A stretch of 63,807 nt of DNA, the filler included, from an uncultured Acidimicrobiia bacterium (GTDB lineage: Bacteria; Actinomycetota; Acidimicrobiia; Spongiisociales; JAOTWH01): NCBI GenBank assembly GCA_964347285.1. It is 3 parts of 3 records of this genome, joined end to end, with 100 filler letters (N's around TTAATTAATTAA, not from the genome) between each part and the next. Parts side by side here need not be neighbours in the genome. Positions count along the whole stretch, not along the records: positions 1 to 22,292 come from CAYFYE010000038.1; positions 22,393 to 44,460 come from CAYFYE010000039.1; 1 more part is not named here. One strand, 5' to 3'. Position numbers and translations under genes: made by a program. Below, one piece after another: positions 19,615-28,940 of the stretch; positions within the stretch are counted from its first letter, which is position 1, and each line of letters starts with the position of its first letter. The notes under the pieces are model-generated. The model saw only the letters and a program-made list of their open reading frames with translations. It had not been told where the DNA came from and did no database searches.

Positions 19615-19882
19615 GGGGGAGGTGCCTCGAAGAGGCGGAGGGGGCGTCCTACCGACGCGAGGCCTCGCGAGCCCCTCCCGGTTTCGCCGGACTCCCAAGC
19701 CCCCTACCCCAGCCCTTCGCTGCGCTCCGGCCTGCGGTACCTTCGCCGAAAAGCCCCCCTACCCCAGGCCTCCCTTCGGTCGGCCTGCGGTACCTTCCCC
19801 CCAACGCTCACTTCGTTCGCTGGGGGACCGAGCTCGCTCCGCTCGCTGGGGGGAAACAGCTCGGCCGAACGCGTTCGGGCGA

Positions 19883-20485
19883 TCAGTACTGCTTGCCCCA
19901 GCCTCCGGTGTGGTAGGTGACCTCGGGGTCGGAAATGACTCCTGCCTCCTTCATCACCGAGCGCAGCTCGTCCAGGGCCATGAACGCCCGCAACGTGTCG
20001 AACGACTCGGCCTGGTGATACACCACGATCATCGACGGATCGTCCATCGATTGATTGGCGGCATGGCCGACGATCCCGTTGGCCCGCTGCAGTTCGCCGG
20101 CTGCGTCGTACCCCGCCAGCCAGGCGTCCACGTCCTCGACCCGGTGGCTGATGATCATCGCCGGGAGCTCTCGGTCCCACACGACGGCTTCTCTCAAGGG
20201 GGTCATCCACGAGAAGTCGGGCTCGCCCTCCACGCCGGCCTCCTGCATCAGAGCTTTCAGCTCGTCCGACGAAACGTAAGCCTTGAACTTGTCTACGTCG
20301 GCCACGGCGAAGTACAGGCTGAGGTTGTTGGGATCGTTCTCGGCACGGTTGATGTGGTGCCCGAGGAACCCCGCCCCTTTGCGGCCCGATTCGTTCCGGT
20401 CGAACACGGCTTTCCAGGCGTCGAAGTCGGCGACCCGATAGCGCACGACTACGGCGGCCGGCGGCAACTGACTGGCATCTGACAT
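19883..20485 (-). CDS. Duplicated ABM-like (dimeric alpha-beta barrel) protein
   Basis: Two internal repeats: YRVADFDAWKAVFD...MQEAGVEGEP and HRVEDVDAWLAGYD...MKEAGVISDP; GGAGG SD. Confidence 0.8.
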   Translation of the reverse strand: MSDASQLPPAAVVVRYRVADFDAWKAVFDRNESGRKGAGFLGHHINRAENDPNNLSLYFAVADVDKFKAYVSSDELKALMQEAGVEGEPDFSWMTPLREAVVWDRELPAMIISHRVEDVDAWLAGYDAAGELQRANGIVGHAANQSMDDPSMIVVYHQAESFDTLRAFMALDELRSVMKEAGVISDPEVTYHTGGWGKQY

Positions 20486-20787
20486 GGTGCACCTCCCTGT
20501 GCGGCGACGGCCGAGCCATATGCGCGGCCCCTCGTATCGCGATTGCCGACCCTACTCGTTGCGGTCGCGTGGTGTCGGTCGATTGGGGCCGTGAGTCCCA
20601 CCGTGGACGGGTCGCCGGCGTGGTATCGCTCGGCCGTGTGCTCCGGGAGGAGCGATCCGCCGGCGGCCCATCATCGGTCGCTGCCCGGCCGGATCGCCGG
20701 GCTGTAGAGAGTGCTCAGGTCGACGGGCTTCCGGACCATCCCCCGGAGCGGGTGACGGCATCTGGAACCCACGGTGACGCCGGACGT

Positions 20788-20815
20788 TTAGCCTGTTTTC
20801 AGCAACTCTTCAGGT
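20788..20815 (+). promoter_or_regulatory. Candidate OmpR/PhoB-family regulator box (11-bp direct repeats)
   Basis: TTAGCC-n5-TCAGCA-n5-TCAGGT upstream of the lipoprotein gene. Confidence 0.4.
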
Positions 20816-20854
20816 ACGCAGTCGTTTACTGCGGGAGACGATCCGAGGGAGAAG

Positions 20855-21706
20855 ATGCATCCGAGCGCGCTGCATCGAGTCGTCGGCTCGGTCCTGGCGA
20901 TGGCCGTGGTGGCGGCCGCCTGCGGTGGGAGCGGCCAGTCGGCCGTCGAGGAGTTCGGGTTCGGGCTCGACGAGTTCGGTCTTCCGTTCGACCAGCTGGT
21001 GGAGCGCGCCGAAGCCATCGAGGTGCTGATCGGTGAGTGCATGAGCGCAGCCGGCTTCGAGTACGTTCCCAACGATTGGTCGACGATCAACCGGGCGATG
21101 GGATCCGACAAGTCGGCGCCCGGAATGAGCGGCAGCGAGTTCGTGGAAACCTACGGCTTCGGTATCACCACCCAGTTCCCCAAACCGATCGTCGAGGTGG
21201 GGCTCGGCGAGGAGAACGCGGCCATCCTCGGAAGCCTGTCGGAGACCGACCAGGACGCCTACCGCCGCACCCTGTGGGGCGACAACCAGGAGGCCACCCT
21301 GGCGTATGCGCTCGAACTGGAGGACTTCTCCCGCACCGGGGGCTGCACCCGGGAGGCCGCCGCACAGCTGTTCACCGAGGAGGAGATGTCGACCACCTTC
21401 TTCAACCCGGCCGACGCCCTCGTCGAACAGGACCCGCGCGCCCAGGACGCCATCGTGGCCTTCTCCGATTGCATGGCGGTCGGCGGCTTCGATGTCGCCC
21501 ATCCCGACGACGTGGAGCAGGACCTGGCCGACCGGCTCGAGGCCATCACCGACGGCGAGGACCCGACCTCGCTGACCGGTGAGGCCGCCGAGCGGCTGCG
21601 CGACTTGCAGGACTACGAGCTGGCGATCGCCCCGATCTTCGTGCGCTGCGAGGCGACCGTCCTAGACCCGGTCTTCGAGAAGATCGAAGACGAGATCTTC
21701 GGCTAG
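20855..21706 (+). CDS. Hypothetical lipoprotein, paralog of 52883-53773
   Basis: Lipobox VAAAC; shared blocks ECMSAAGFEYVP, YGFGIT, TGGCTR, NP.D.LVE.DPR. Confidence 0.8.
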   Translation: MHPSALHRVVGSVLAMAVVAAACGGSGQSAVEEFGFGLDEFGLPFDQLVERAEAIEVLIGECMSAAGFEYVPNDWSTINRAMGSDKSAPGMSGSEFVETYGFGITTQFPKPIVEVGLGEENAAILGSLSETDQDAYRRTLWGDNQEATLAYALELEDFSRTGGCTREAAAQLFTEEEMSTTFFNPADALVEQDPRAQDAIVAFSDCMAVGGFDVAHPDDVEQDLADRLEAITDGEDPTSLTGEAAERLRDLQDYELAIAPIFVRCEATVLDPVFEKIEDEIFG

Positions 21707-21721
21707 GTCCCCGCTCCCGCC

Positions 21722-22292
21722 ATGAAGCGCCGCACCGCCGTCACCGTGCTGGTCCTGGCGGTGGTGGCGGCGGCCGCAGGCGGATGGATCGCCGGTCAGA
21801 ACATCAGGTCGCCGGCCGAGGAGGCCGCCCGCACCGCGCCGCCCGAGGCCTCGCCGATCCTGGTACCGGCCGAGAGCAGGGTCCTGTCCACCGACATCGT
21901 CACGCGGGGCACGGGCCGGTTCGGCTCCCCCCAGGAGCTGTGGCTCCCCGAGACTGGGCTCAAGAGCGCCCCCCGGGTCGCCACCAGCCTCCCGTCGCCC
22001 GGCGATGTCATCGAGGAGGGCGGACTGGTGCTCACCGTTTCCAACCGCCCCGTCTTCCTGCTGGAGGGGGAGCTTCCTTCCTTCCGCGACCTCGGTCCCG
22101 GCATGCAGGGCGAGGACGTCGAGCAGCTGGAGGCGGCACTGAGTCGATTGGGGATCGACCCCGGGCCCGAGGACGGCTTGTTCGATGTGGCCACGGCCAC
22201 GGCGGTGACCTCTCTCTACTTGCGTCACGGATTCCAGCCGCTCCAGGTCACCGAAGAGCAGATCGCCGAGATTAGGCCGATCGAGGCCGATT
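21722..22292 (+). CDS. Peptidoglycan-binding efflux adaptor-like protein, cut by contig end
   Basis: N-terminal TM, RPVFLLEGELPSFRDLGPG, GEDVEQLEAALSRLGIDPGPEDGLFD (PG-binding 1); paralog of 53889-55061. Confidence 0.82.
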
Positions 22293-22392
22293 NNNNNNNN
22301 NNNNNNNNNNNNNNNNNNNNNNNNNNNNNNNNNNNNTTAATTAATTAANNNNNNNNNNNNNNNNNNNNNNNNNNNNNNNNNNNNNNNNNNNN
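22293..22392. other. Artificial contig linker
   Basis: N-run with TTAATTAATTAA (stops in all six frames). Confidence 0.98.
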
Positions 22393-22420
22393 CCTGAGCC
22401 AGGATCAAACTCTCCGTCGA
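22393..22420 (-). rRNA. rrs: 16S rRNA, 5' end only (contig edge)
   Basis: Reverse complement reads GGAGAGTTTGATCCTGGCTCAGG (27F primer site). Confidence 0.92.
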
Positions 22421-22580
22421 AAGACTGCCGGACGGAGCCGGCCGATCTTCGAGAGAGTACGCGGGTGTGGGGCCAACCCTGCACCCGCACTGGCACCAGT
22501 GTCGTCGTCCGACCTGATGCTTGAGTACGTCCGTCCGACCGTCGAGCGGTCGAACGAAATGGCTACTGACTTTGGTTCGT

Positions 22581-22605
22581 GGCACGCTGTTTAGTTGTCA
22601 AGGAG
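22581..22605 (-). promoter_or_regulatory. rrn leader conserved box (boxA-like / processing stem)
   Basis: CTCCTTGACAACTAAACAGCGTGCC resembles the actinobacterial rrn leader motif TTGAGAACTCAACAG. Confidence 0.6.
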
Positions 22606-22661
22606 CCCGGGTCTCACGACCCACCCGCGCGCGCCAAAGAGGCCCGCGAGGGCTCGTAGTC

Positions 22662-22690
22662 AGTGTACCGGCCTGGAGCCGTCTCCACAA
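22662..22690 (-). promoter_or_regulatory. Probable rrn sigma-A promoter
   Basis: TTGTGG-N17-TACACT upstream of the 16S leader. Confidence 0.6.
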
Positions 22691-22770
22691 CACGGCCGCT
22701 CCAGGACCGGCCACACCGGCCGAAACCTGCCACTCGGTACAACGCCGGGCCAACGCCCCGCCTTCCGCTC

Positions 22771-23196
22771 CTACGGGACAATCAGCAGTGGCCACGCCCG
22801 GTCGAGCCGTGCCAGCTCGGCCGCCACGGAACCCAGGCGCGCCGAGGGGCTCTCGTGGGCTCCGCGGTGGCCCACTACCACGAGGTCGTAGTCGCCGGTC
22901 GTAGCTTCCTTGGCCAGCGCCTCGGCGGCGTGGCCTTGCAGCACCCGGATCGATGTTTCGATTCCTTGCTGCCGGAGGAGGTCCGCTCCTTCCTCAGCCC
23001 AGCGCTGCGCCTCTTCGGCCGGAATGGCATGGTCGGTGGGCTCGTCACTCCAGGCGCTGACGGCTTGATCGTGAGCCACCGCTACCGCGGCCACCACCAC
23101 TTCACTCGCGAGGGCTGTGGCCAAGTCGGCCAGTTCCGTACAGGCTCGCCGAGCGGCCGGAGAGCCGTCGGTTCCGAACAGCACCCTCTTGTACAT
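22771..23196 (-). CDS. Universal stress protein
   Basis: MYKRVLFGTDGS, DLVVVGHRG, LGSVA, PLLIVP; GGAGG SD. Confidence 0.9.
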   Translation of the reverse strand: MYKRVLFGTDGSPAARRACTELADLATALASEVVVAAVAVAHDQAVSAWSDEPTDHAIPAEEAQRWAEEGADLLRQQGIETSIRVLQGHAAEALAKEATTGDYDLVVVGHRGAHESPSARLGSVAAELARLDRAWPLLIVP

Positions 23197-23237
23197 GTTG
23201 CCTCCGTCACCTGGCACAGTAGCTGAGTGCGAGGCCG

Positions 23238-24464
23238 CTACCCACCTCCGGTGTTTCGTGCTCCCCCACGGTACACGAACCGCATGAACCTCCGCTTGCC
23301 GACCCGGGTCACCCGCCCGACCAGCTCCGACCGGGGTATCTCCTCACTCTCGACGACCGTACCGTCGACCCTGACGGCGCCTTGGGTGATGAGACGCCGC
23401 CCTTCGGAACTCGACGCTACCAATCCGACATCGCGCAGGAGGCCGGGGATCCACACCGGATCGTCGGCGGGAAGCTCGGCTTCCGGAACGTCTTCGGGGA
23501 TCTCGTGTTCGCGGAAGACGCTGTCGAAGGCGCGCTCTGCCTTTTCTGCCTCCTTGCCTCCCCAATAGCGCTCGACAATCGCCCTGCCCAGGCGTCGTTT
23601 GGCTTCGCCGGGATGCAGCTCACCCGACGCCAGACGGGCCTCGATGCCGGAAATCTCAGCCTCGGGAATGCGCGTGGCGAGCAGGAAGAACTGTCCCATG
23701 ACCTCATCGGGCAGGCTCATCACCTTCCCGAACATCTCGCCGGCCGAGTCTTTCACCGAGATGTAATTGTCGAAGGACTGTGACATCTTGCGCTTGCCGT
23801 CCGTCCCGACCAGCAGAGGCACCGTCATCGCCACTTGCGGGCGCAGACCGTGTCTCGCCTGGAGTTGGCGGCCGACGAGCAGGTTCCACAATTGGTCGGT
23901 ACCGCCCAGCTCTACGTCGGCCGCAACGGCGACCGAGTCCATTCCCTGGAGCAAGGGGTACAGGAACTCGATGAGCGAGATCGGCTTGCCGGCTCGCACC
24001 CGCTGAGCGAAATCGTCCCTCTCCAGCATCTGGGCGACGGTCACCTGGGATGCCAGGTCCAAGACGTGCTCCATGCCGAGCACCGCCAGCCATTCCGAGT
24101 TGTAACGGATCTCCAGCGGCTCTTGGAGGAGCAGCCCCCGCAACATGTCGAGGCAGCGCTCGGCATATCCGCGCACTTGGGCGGGTGTCAATCGGGACCT
24201 GGTCTGGCTCGTTCCGCTGGGATCGCCCACTTGCGCAGTGAAGTCTCCAACGATCAGGACGGCAGTGTGTCCGAGTTCCTGGAACCGGCGAAGCACGTCG
24301 AGGACGACCACCCAGCCCAAATGGACATCGGGTGCAGTGGGATCGACCCCGAGCTTCACCCGGAGGGGGCGGTCTTCGGAGAGGCGCTGTTGCAGCTCGT
24401 CCTCGGGAACGACTCGGTCGATACCACGCATGAGGTAGGCGAGCTGCTCCGAGGCAGGTGGCAT
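23238..24464 (-). CDS. tyrS: Tyrosine--tRNA ligase
   Basis: KLGVDPTAPD, GDFTAQVGDPSG, YPLLQGMD, GGTDQ, KMSQS, C-terminal S4 domain. Confidence 0.96.
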   Translation of the reverse strand: MPPASEQLAYLMRGIDRVVPEDELQQRLSEDRPLRVKLGVDPTAPDVHLGWVVVLDVLRRFQELGHTAVLIVGDFTAQVGDPSGTSQTRSRLTPAQVRGYAERCLDMLRGLLLQEPLEIRYNSEWLAVLGMEHVLDLASQVTVAQMLERDDFAQRVRAGKPISLIEFLYPLLQGMDSVAVAADVELGGTDQLWNLLVGRQLQARHGLRPQVAMTVPLLVGTDGKRKMSQSFDNYISVKDSAGEMFGKVMSLPDEVMGQFFLLATRIPEAEISGIEARLASGELHPGEAKRRLGRAIVERYWGGKEAEKAERAFDSVFREHEIPEDVPEAELPADDPVWIPGLLRDVGLVASSSEGRRLITQGAVRVDGTVVESEEIPRSELVGRVTRVGKRRFMRFVYRGGARNTGGG

Positions 24465-24544
24465 GGTTCCCACGTTGGCGCCGGAGGTTAGCCGGGGGTA
24501 CCCAAATCCCCGTCTTCGCGGAACCGCACCGTTACCGTTGCCGG

Positions 24545-26929
24545 ATGAAGCGCTGGCTCCCGGGGCTGGCAGCCCTGGCGGTTCTTGCTGCCTCTTGCTC
24601 GGTGGAGCCGCTGGATGATCCGGGTATCGGCGAGCGGGGCCTGACCACCGTCGTCTATGCCTCGGATGGATCTGTGCTCGCCACCTGGCACGCCGAGGAA
24701 GACCGAACCTTGGTGTCTTACCCGGAGATGCCCAAAGCCTTCATCGATGCGGTCGTGGCGATCGAGGACGAGCGTTTCTGGACGCATCCGGGAGTAGACG
24801 TGCGGGCGCTGGCTCGTGCCCTCGTGGCCAACGTCGAAGCCGGCGAGGTCATTCAGGGCGGTTCGACGATCACCCAGCAGTACCTCAAGAACGTCCTCCT
24901 GACTCCGGAGGTGAGCGTCGACCGGAAGCTGGAAGAGGCGGCGCTGGCGCTGCGCCTCGAGGAGTCTCTCGACAAGGAGGAGATCTTCGAGCGTTATGCC
25001 AATACGGTCTATTTCGGCCGGGGAGCCTACGGAGTGGGCACTGCCGCCCTCCTGTATTTCGGTAAGCCGGTGTCCGAGCTCGACCTGGATGAGGCCGCCC
25101 TCCTGGCCGGGCTGATTCAATCGCCGGCTGCCGGAGATCCATACCTCGATACCGACGCGGCGCTGTCCCGCCGCCGGGAGGTGCTCGACAAGATGGCCGC
25201 GCTGGGGTGGATCAGCGCCCAACAAGCCGCCGCGGCCGATGACCGGCCCTTGCGGCTCCAACCGCCCGCCACCGAGGAAGAGGCTCGCTTTCCGTACTTC
25301 ACCGAGGAGGTGAAGCGGATCCTCCTCTCCGACCCTGCCCTCGGGCAGACGGCCACCGACCGCTACAACGCCCTCTTCAAAGGCGGGCTGCGCATCCACA
25401 CAACGGTCGACCCGGTCGTCCAAGAAGCGGCCGAGGTGGCCATCGCCTCGGTCCTTCCCGAGGATGGTCCGTCGGGAGCTCTGGTGGCGCTCGACCCCCG
25501 CACGGGAGCGGTGCTCGCCATCGTCGGCGGGCGCGATTTCTACGACGCCGACGATCCGATCTCGCAGTTCAATCTGGCTACTCAGGGACGGCGCCAGCCC
25601 GGTTCATCGTTCAAGCCGTTCGTCCTGGCAGCCGCGCTCGAAGCCGGCTTCGGTCTCGACGACGTCTTCGAAGGGGGCCGCGAAGTGGTCATTCCTACCG
25701 ACTCGGAGCCTTGGTTCGTCGAGAACTACAACGGGGCCGCCTTCCCCGACCTCACCCTCTTGGAGGCAACAGTCTTCTCGGTGAACATCATCTACGCCCG
25801 TCTCATGGAGGCGGTGGGACCGCAGCGGGTGGAAAGGTTGGCCGAGGCGGCCGGCATCAGGACCGACCTCCAGCCGTTCCATTCGCTTGCCCTGGGGGCC
25901 CAGGAAGTTTCCGTTCTGGAAATGGCGTCGGCATTCGGAACGTTTGCCGCCGACGGCATCCACGTGGAACCCGTTCTGGTGACGTCGATCGAGAGTCACG
26001 ACGGCATCAACCTCTTCGAGGCGACTCCCGCCGTGACCGAGGTAATGGACCGATCTGTGGCCGAGGGTGTGAACGCCGCTCTGGGAGAGGTGGTCAAGCG
26101 AGGCACCGGCCAGCAAGCCCGCATCGGGCGGCCAATCGCCGGAAAGACCGGAACGTCACAGCAGCACCACGATGCCTGGTTCGTCGGCTACACGCCCGAG
26201 CTGGTCGGGGCGGTCTGGGTCGGGTTTCCCAGTTCCCTCGTCCCAATGGAGCATCCCAACACGCCCTACAGCATCACCGGCGGCACGTGGCCGGCCGAGA
26301 TCTGGTCCCGTTTTGCCTCGGGTGCCCTGACCGGCGTTCCCTACGGACAGCTGGCCTCGGCCAAAATGGGCGACACGATCACCACCGAGATCGATACCTC
26401 CACCGGTTTTCTGGCCGGGCCCCTGTGCCCTCGCCAGCACGTGCAACGGCTGCAGCTTCCCGCCGAAATGGCGCCCACCGTGATCTGCCCGATTCACAAT
26501 CCCTCCGGTCTGGCCACCATCGGAGCCGGAACCGTGCCCGACGTCTTGGGGGGTAGCTTGGACGAGGCGGTCGGCCTCCTCGAGGGGGCCGGTTTTCGAG
26601 CAACGATCGACTGGGATGAACCGGGTCCTCTGGCACCCGGCACCGTGTACGGCCAGGATCCCTCTCCGGGATTCCCCGCCCAGTCGGGCAGTGCCGTCCG
26701 CCTGACGGTGGCCGGGCCGCGCCCGGGCGCGGCCACTCCCCCCCTGCTCGGCCTGCCGCTCGACGACGCTACCGCGGTTACCGAGGAGCTAGGCATCAGC
26801 TTGGAGGTGGTGATGGAGGCCGATTCCGATCCGGAGGCGGCTGCCGCTCGCCGGGGCTTGGTGTGGAAGCAGCAGCCGGCGGCGTACACCGATCTGGGCG
26901 AAATGGTGACGGTCTGGGTGAACCCCTAG
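24545..26929 (+). CDS. Class A penicillin-binding protein (PBP1A family) with PASTA domains
   Basis: AIEDERF, QGGSTITQQ, RKLEE (transglycosylase); GSSFKP, SVN, GKTGT (transpeptidase); C-terminal PASTA repeats. Confidence 0.95.
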   Translation: MKRWLPGLAALAVLAASCSVEPLDDPGIGERGLTTVVYASDGSVLATWHAEEDRTLVSYPEMPKAFIDAVVAIEDERFWTHPGVDVRALARALVANVEAGEVIQGGSTITQQYLKNVLLTPEVSVDRKLEEAALALRLEESLDKEEIFERYANTVYFGRGAYGVGTAALLYFGKPVSELDLDEAALLAGLIQSPAAGDPYLDTDAALSRRREVLDKMAALGWISAQQAAAADDRPLRLQPPATEEEARFPYFTEEVKRILLSDPALGQTATDRYNALFKGGLRIHTTVDPVVQEAAEVAIASVLPEDGPSGALVALDPRTGAVLAIVGGRDFYDADDPISQFNLATQGRRQPGSSFKPFVLAAALEAGFGLDDVFEGGREVVIPTDSEPWFVENYNGAAFPDLTLLEATVFSVNIIYARLMEAVGPQRVERLAEAAGIRTDLQPFHSLALGAQEVSVLEMASAFGTFAADGIHVEPVLVTSIESHDGINLFEATPAVTEVMDRSVAEGVNAALGEVVKRGTGQQARIGRPIAGKTGTSQQHHDAWFVGYTPELVGAVWVGFPSSLVPMEHPNTPYSITGGTWPAEIWSRFASGALTGVPYGQLASAKMGDTITTEIDTSTGFLAGPLCPRQHVQRLQLPAEMAPTVICPIHNPSGLATIGAGTVPDVLGGSLDEAVGLLEGAGFRATIDWDEPGPLAPGTVYGQDPSPGFPAQSGSAVRLTVAGPRPGAATPPLLGLPLDDATAVTEELGISLEVVMEADSDPEAAAARRGLVWKQQPAAYTDLGEMVTVWVNP

Positions 26930-26979
26930 GGGCCGAGCGTCGGCCCGCTTCTTTGGGATCTTGGGTTAGGGTCGTCAGC

Positions 26980-27447
26980 ATGGACGTGGGCTTGGGCACC
27001 GACACCGATCGGCGGGTGGGGCCGGATCGGCGCCGATCCCGGCTGGCCTTTCGATATCCCGATCGGCGGCTCGGGTACCCGCGCCGGCTGCTTCAGCAAT
27101 CTCCCATTCGGCTCGGGTACCTGCGGTTCCTGGCCGCTTATCGCGACAACGCTCCCCTGATCGTTCTCACCCTCATTGCGTTGCTGGCACTCAATGCCTC
27201 TGACCTGGTGCTCACCCTCCACTCTCTGGGAAGAGGCGCAACAGAAGCCAATCCGGCCATGGCGTTTCTGCTCGAGCACACCCCGGCGCTGGCCGTCACT
27301 GTGAAGCTGGCGGTGGGCGTCCTCGTCGCCGGTGCCCTGTGGGTACTGCGTCGCTATCGGCGCGCCCTCGAGGCATCGCTGTTGCTCATGGTGATTCTGA
27401 CGGCCCTGGCCGCCTATCACGGAACCGTGCTGGTCGCGCTGGCCTGA
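26980..27447 (+). CDS. DUF5658-like membrane protein
   Basis: LNASDLVLT...GATEANPAMAFLL...K pattern; N-terminal DRR repeats. Confidence 0.7.
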   Translation: MDVGLGTDTDRRVGPDRRRSRLAFRYPDRRLGYPRRLLQQSPIRLGYLRFLAAYRDNAPLIVLTLIALLALNASDLVLTLHSLGRGATEANPAMAFLLEHTPALAVTVKLAVGVLVAGALWVLRRYRRALEASLLLMVILTALAAYHGTVLVALA

Positions 27448-27477
27448 TCCGTTGGTGGCACTCCGCTGCAGGGTGGA

Positions 27478-28032
27478 CTACGGCTCCTCGGCTGCGACAA
27501 AACGCCACGGCCGGTCCGCTGCTTTCGTGATCCCCACCCGGGTCGTGGCAACGATGCGACTCGGGACGTCACCGGGGAGGAGGCGAAGCTCCCCCCTCAG
27601 CAGGCTGACACCGTCCTGCTCTCCGCTCACCGCCAGGCCCTGAGTCAGCTTGCCGGGCCCGTCGGTGAGGTGGTCGGTCCTTCCCCGGCGACGGATCACC
27701 ACGTCCCGACCGGTCATCACCCGTCCCCCCCGCAAGAGCACCGCGGCCGGGTAACCCTCCTCCCCCACCACCACATTCAGGCACCAATGGATGCCGTAGG
27801 AACGGTAAACGTAGGCGGTTCCGGGGGGCCCGAACATAGCTCCGTTGCGAGCCGTCCTCCCCTCAAAGGCATGACTGGCCGGATCGTTGGGGCCGTCGTA
27901 GGCCTCGACCTCGCACAGCACCACTTCAGTCCTTTGGCCCCCGATCTCACTGCGCAATCGGGTTCCGAGTAGGCCGGGAGCGGCTTCGAGCACGGACCCG
28001 GCCAGGAGCGCGACGAGCTCGTCTCGCGTCAC
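27478..28032 (-). CDS. DNA-3-methyladenine glycosylase (MPG/AAG family)
   Basis: EVEAY, DPASHA, MFGPPGTAYVYRSYGIHWCLNVV, GPGKL, RVGI; GTGA overlap with argF. Confidence 0.93.
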   Translation of the reverse strand: MTRDELVALLAGSVLEAAPGLLGTRLRSEIGGQRTEVVLCEVEAYDGPNDPASHAFEGRTARNGAMFGPPGTAYVYRSYGIHWCLNVVVGEEGYPAAVLLRGGRVMTGRDVVIRRRGRTDHLTDGPGKLTQGLAVSGEQDGVSLLRGELRLLPGDVPSRIVATTRVGITKAADRPWRFVAAEEP

Positions 28033-28940
28033 TTTCCGAAGAGATGAAGCAGCAGCGCCTTGAACGAGTGCAGCCGGTTCTCGGCTTGGTCGAAGATCCG
28101 CGACCGAGGATGATCGAAGACGCCGTCGGTGGCCTCCTCTCCCCGATGGGCCGGCAGACAGTGGAGAAAGATGGCATCTCCTGATGCGGCGCCGAAGCGC
28201 TTCTCGTCGATCTGAAAAGGAGCGAACCGCTCTCGCCTTTGCAGCGTTTCTTCCTCGAGACCCATCGACGTCCACACATCGGTGTAGACCACGTCGGCGC
28301 CGGTGACTGCGGCTTCGGGGTCTTCGCCGATCGACACCGATCCCCCGCTGCCGGTCGCCAGGTGCCGAGCGGTTTCGACGACATCGGGTGCCGGGGAGAA
28401 GCCGGCCGGCGTGGCCACTCTCACCTCCATGCCGCAGGAGGCCGCTGCCAGCATCAATGAGTGGCACACGTTGTTGCCATCGCCCACGTACGCCAGCACG
28501 GTGCCGGGAAGGGACCGGTGCTCGGCCACGGTCTGCAGATCGGCGAGCGACTGGCATGGATGTTCACGGTCTGAGAGCAGGTTGATCACCCCCGCGTTCG
28601 CATAGGCGGCCGTCGTCACCAGATCCTGATGATCGAAGACCCGGAATGCCAGAACGTCGAGGTAGCGATCGAAGACCCGGGCCACATCGGCGACCGACTC
28701 CCGCTTGCCGAGGCCGATCTCGTCCGCCTTGAGAACGATCGGTACTGCTCCGAGCTCGGCGGCCCCGACTTCGGTGGAGATCCGAGTGCGGGTCGAGGGT
28801 TTTTCGAAGAAGAGCCCGATCCGCACCCCCCGAAGGGAGCCGGCGACTGATTCCGGTTCCCGCTTCACCCGCGCCGCCCTTGCCAAAACCTCCGCCAGCT
28901 CGCCCGGTGTCAGGTCGGTGACGCTGAGAAAGTCCTTCAC
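28029..28940 (-). CDS. argF: Ornithine carbamoyltransferase
   Basis: KPSTRTR, HPCQ, GDGNNV, YTDVWTSMG, HCLP, QAENR; GTGA overlap with pheT. Confidence 0.95.
   Translation of the reverse strand: MKDFLSVTDLTPGELAEVLARAARVKREPESVAGSLRGVRIGLFFEKPSTRTRISTEVGAAELGAVPIVLKADEIGLGKRESVADVARVFDRYLDVLAFRVFDHQDLVTTAAYANAGVINLLSDREHPCQSLADLQTVAEHRSLPGTVLAYVGDGNNVCHSLMLAAASCGMEVRVATPAGFSPAPDVVETARHLATGSGGSVSIGEDPEAAVTGADVVYTDVWTSMGLEEETLQRRERFAPFQIDEKRFGAASGDAIFLHCLPAHRGEEATDGVFDHPRSRIFDQAENRLHSFKALLLHLFGK

Larger units (their letters stand above)
19040..19860. repeat. REP-like repeat cluster 4, interrupted by an IS481-like element
   Basis: Left part ends GCGTTTCCTCCCCCGGAG (19106); right part resumes GGGGGAGGTGCCTCGAAGAGGCGGAGGGGG (19615) and continues with further modules. 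Confidence 0.88.

Noticed and set aside
22293..22392. TTAATTAATTAA within N-runs as a biological motif (also 44461-44560)
   Set aside because: Standard artificial contig linker; ORFs running into it are truncated artefacts
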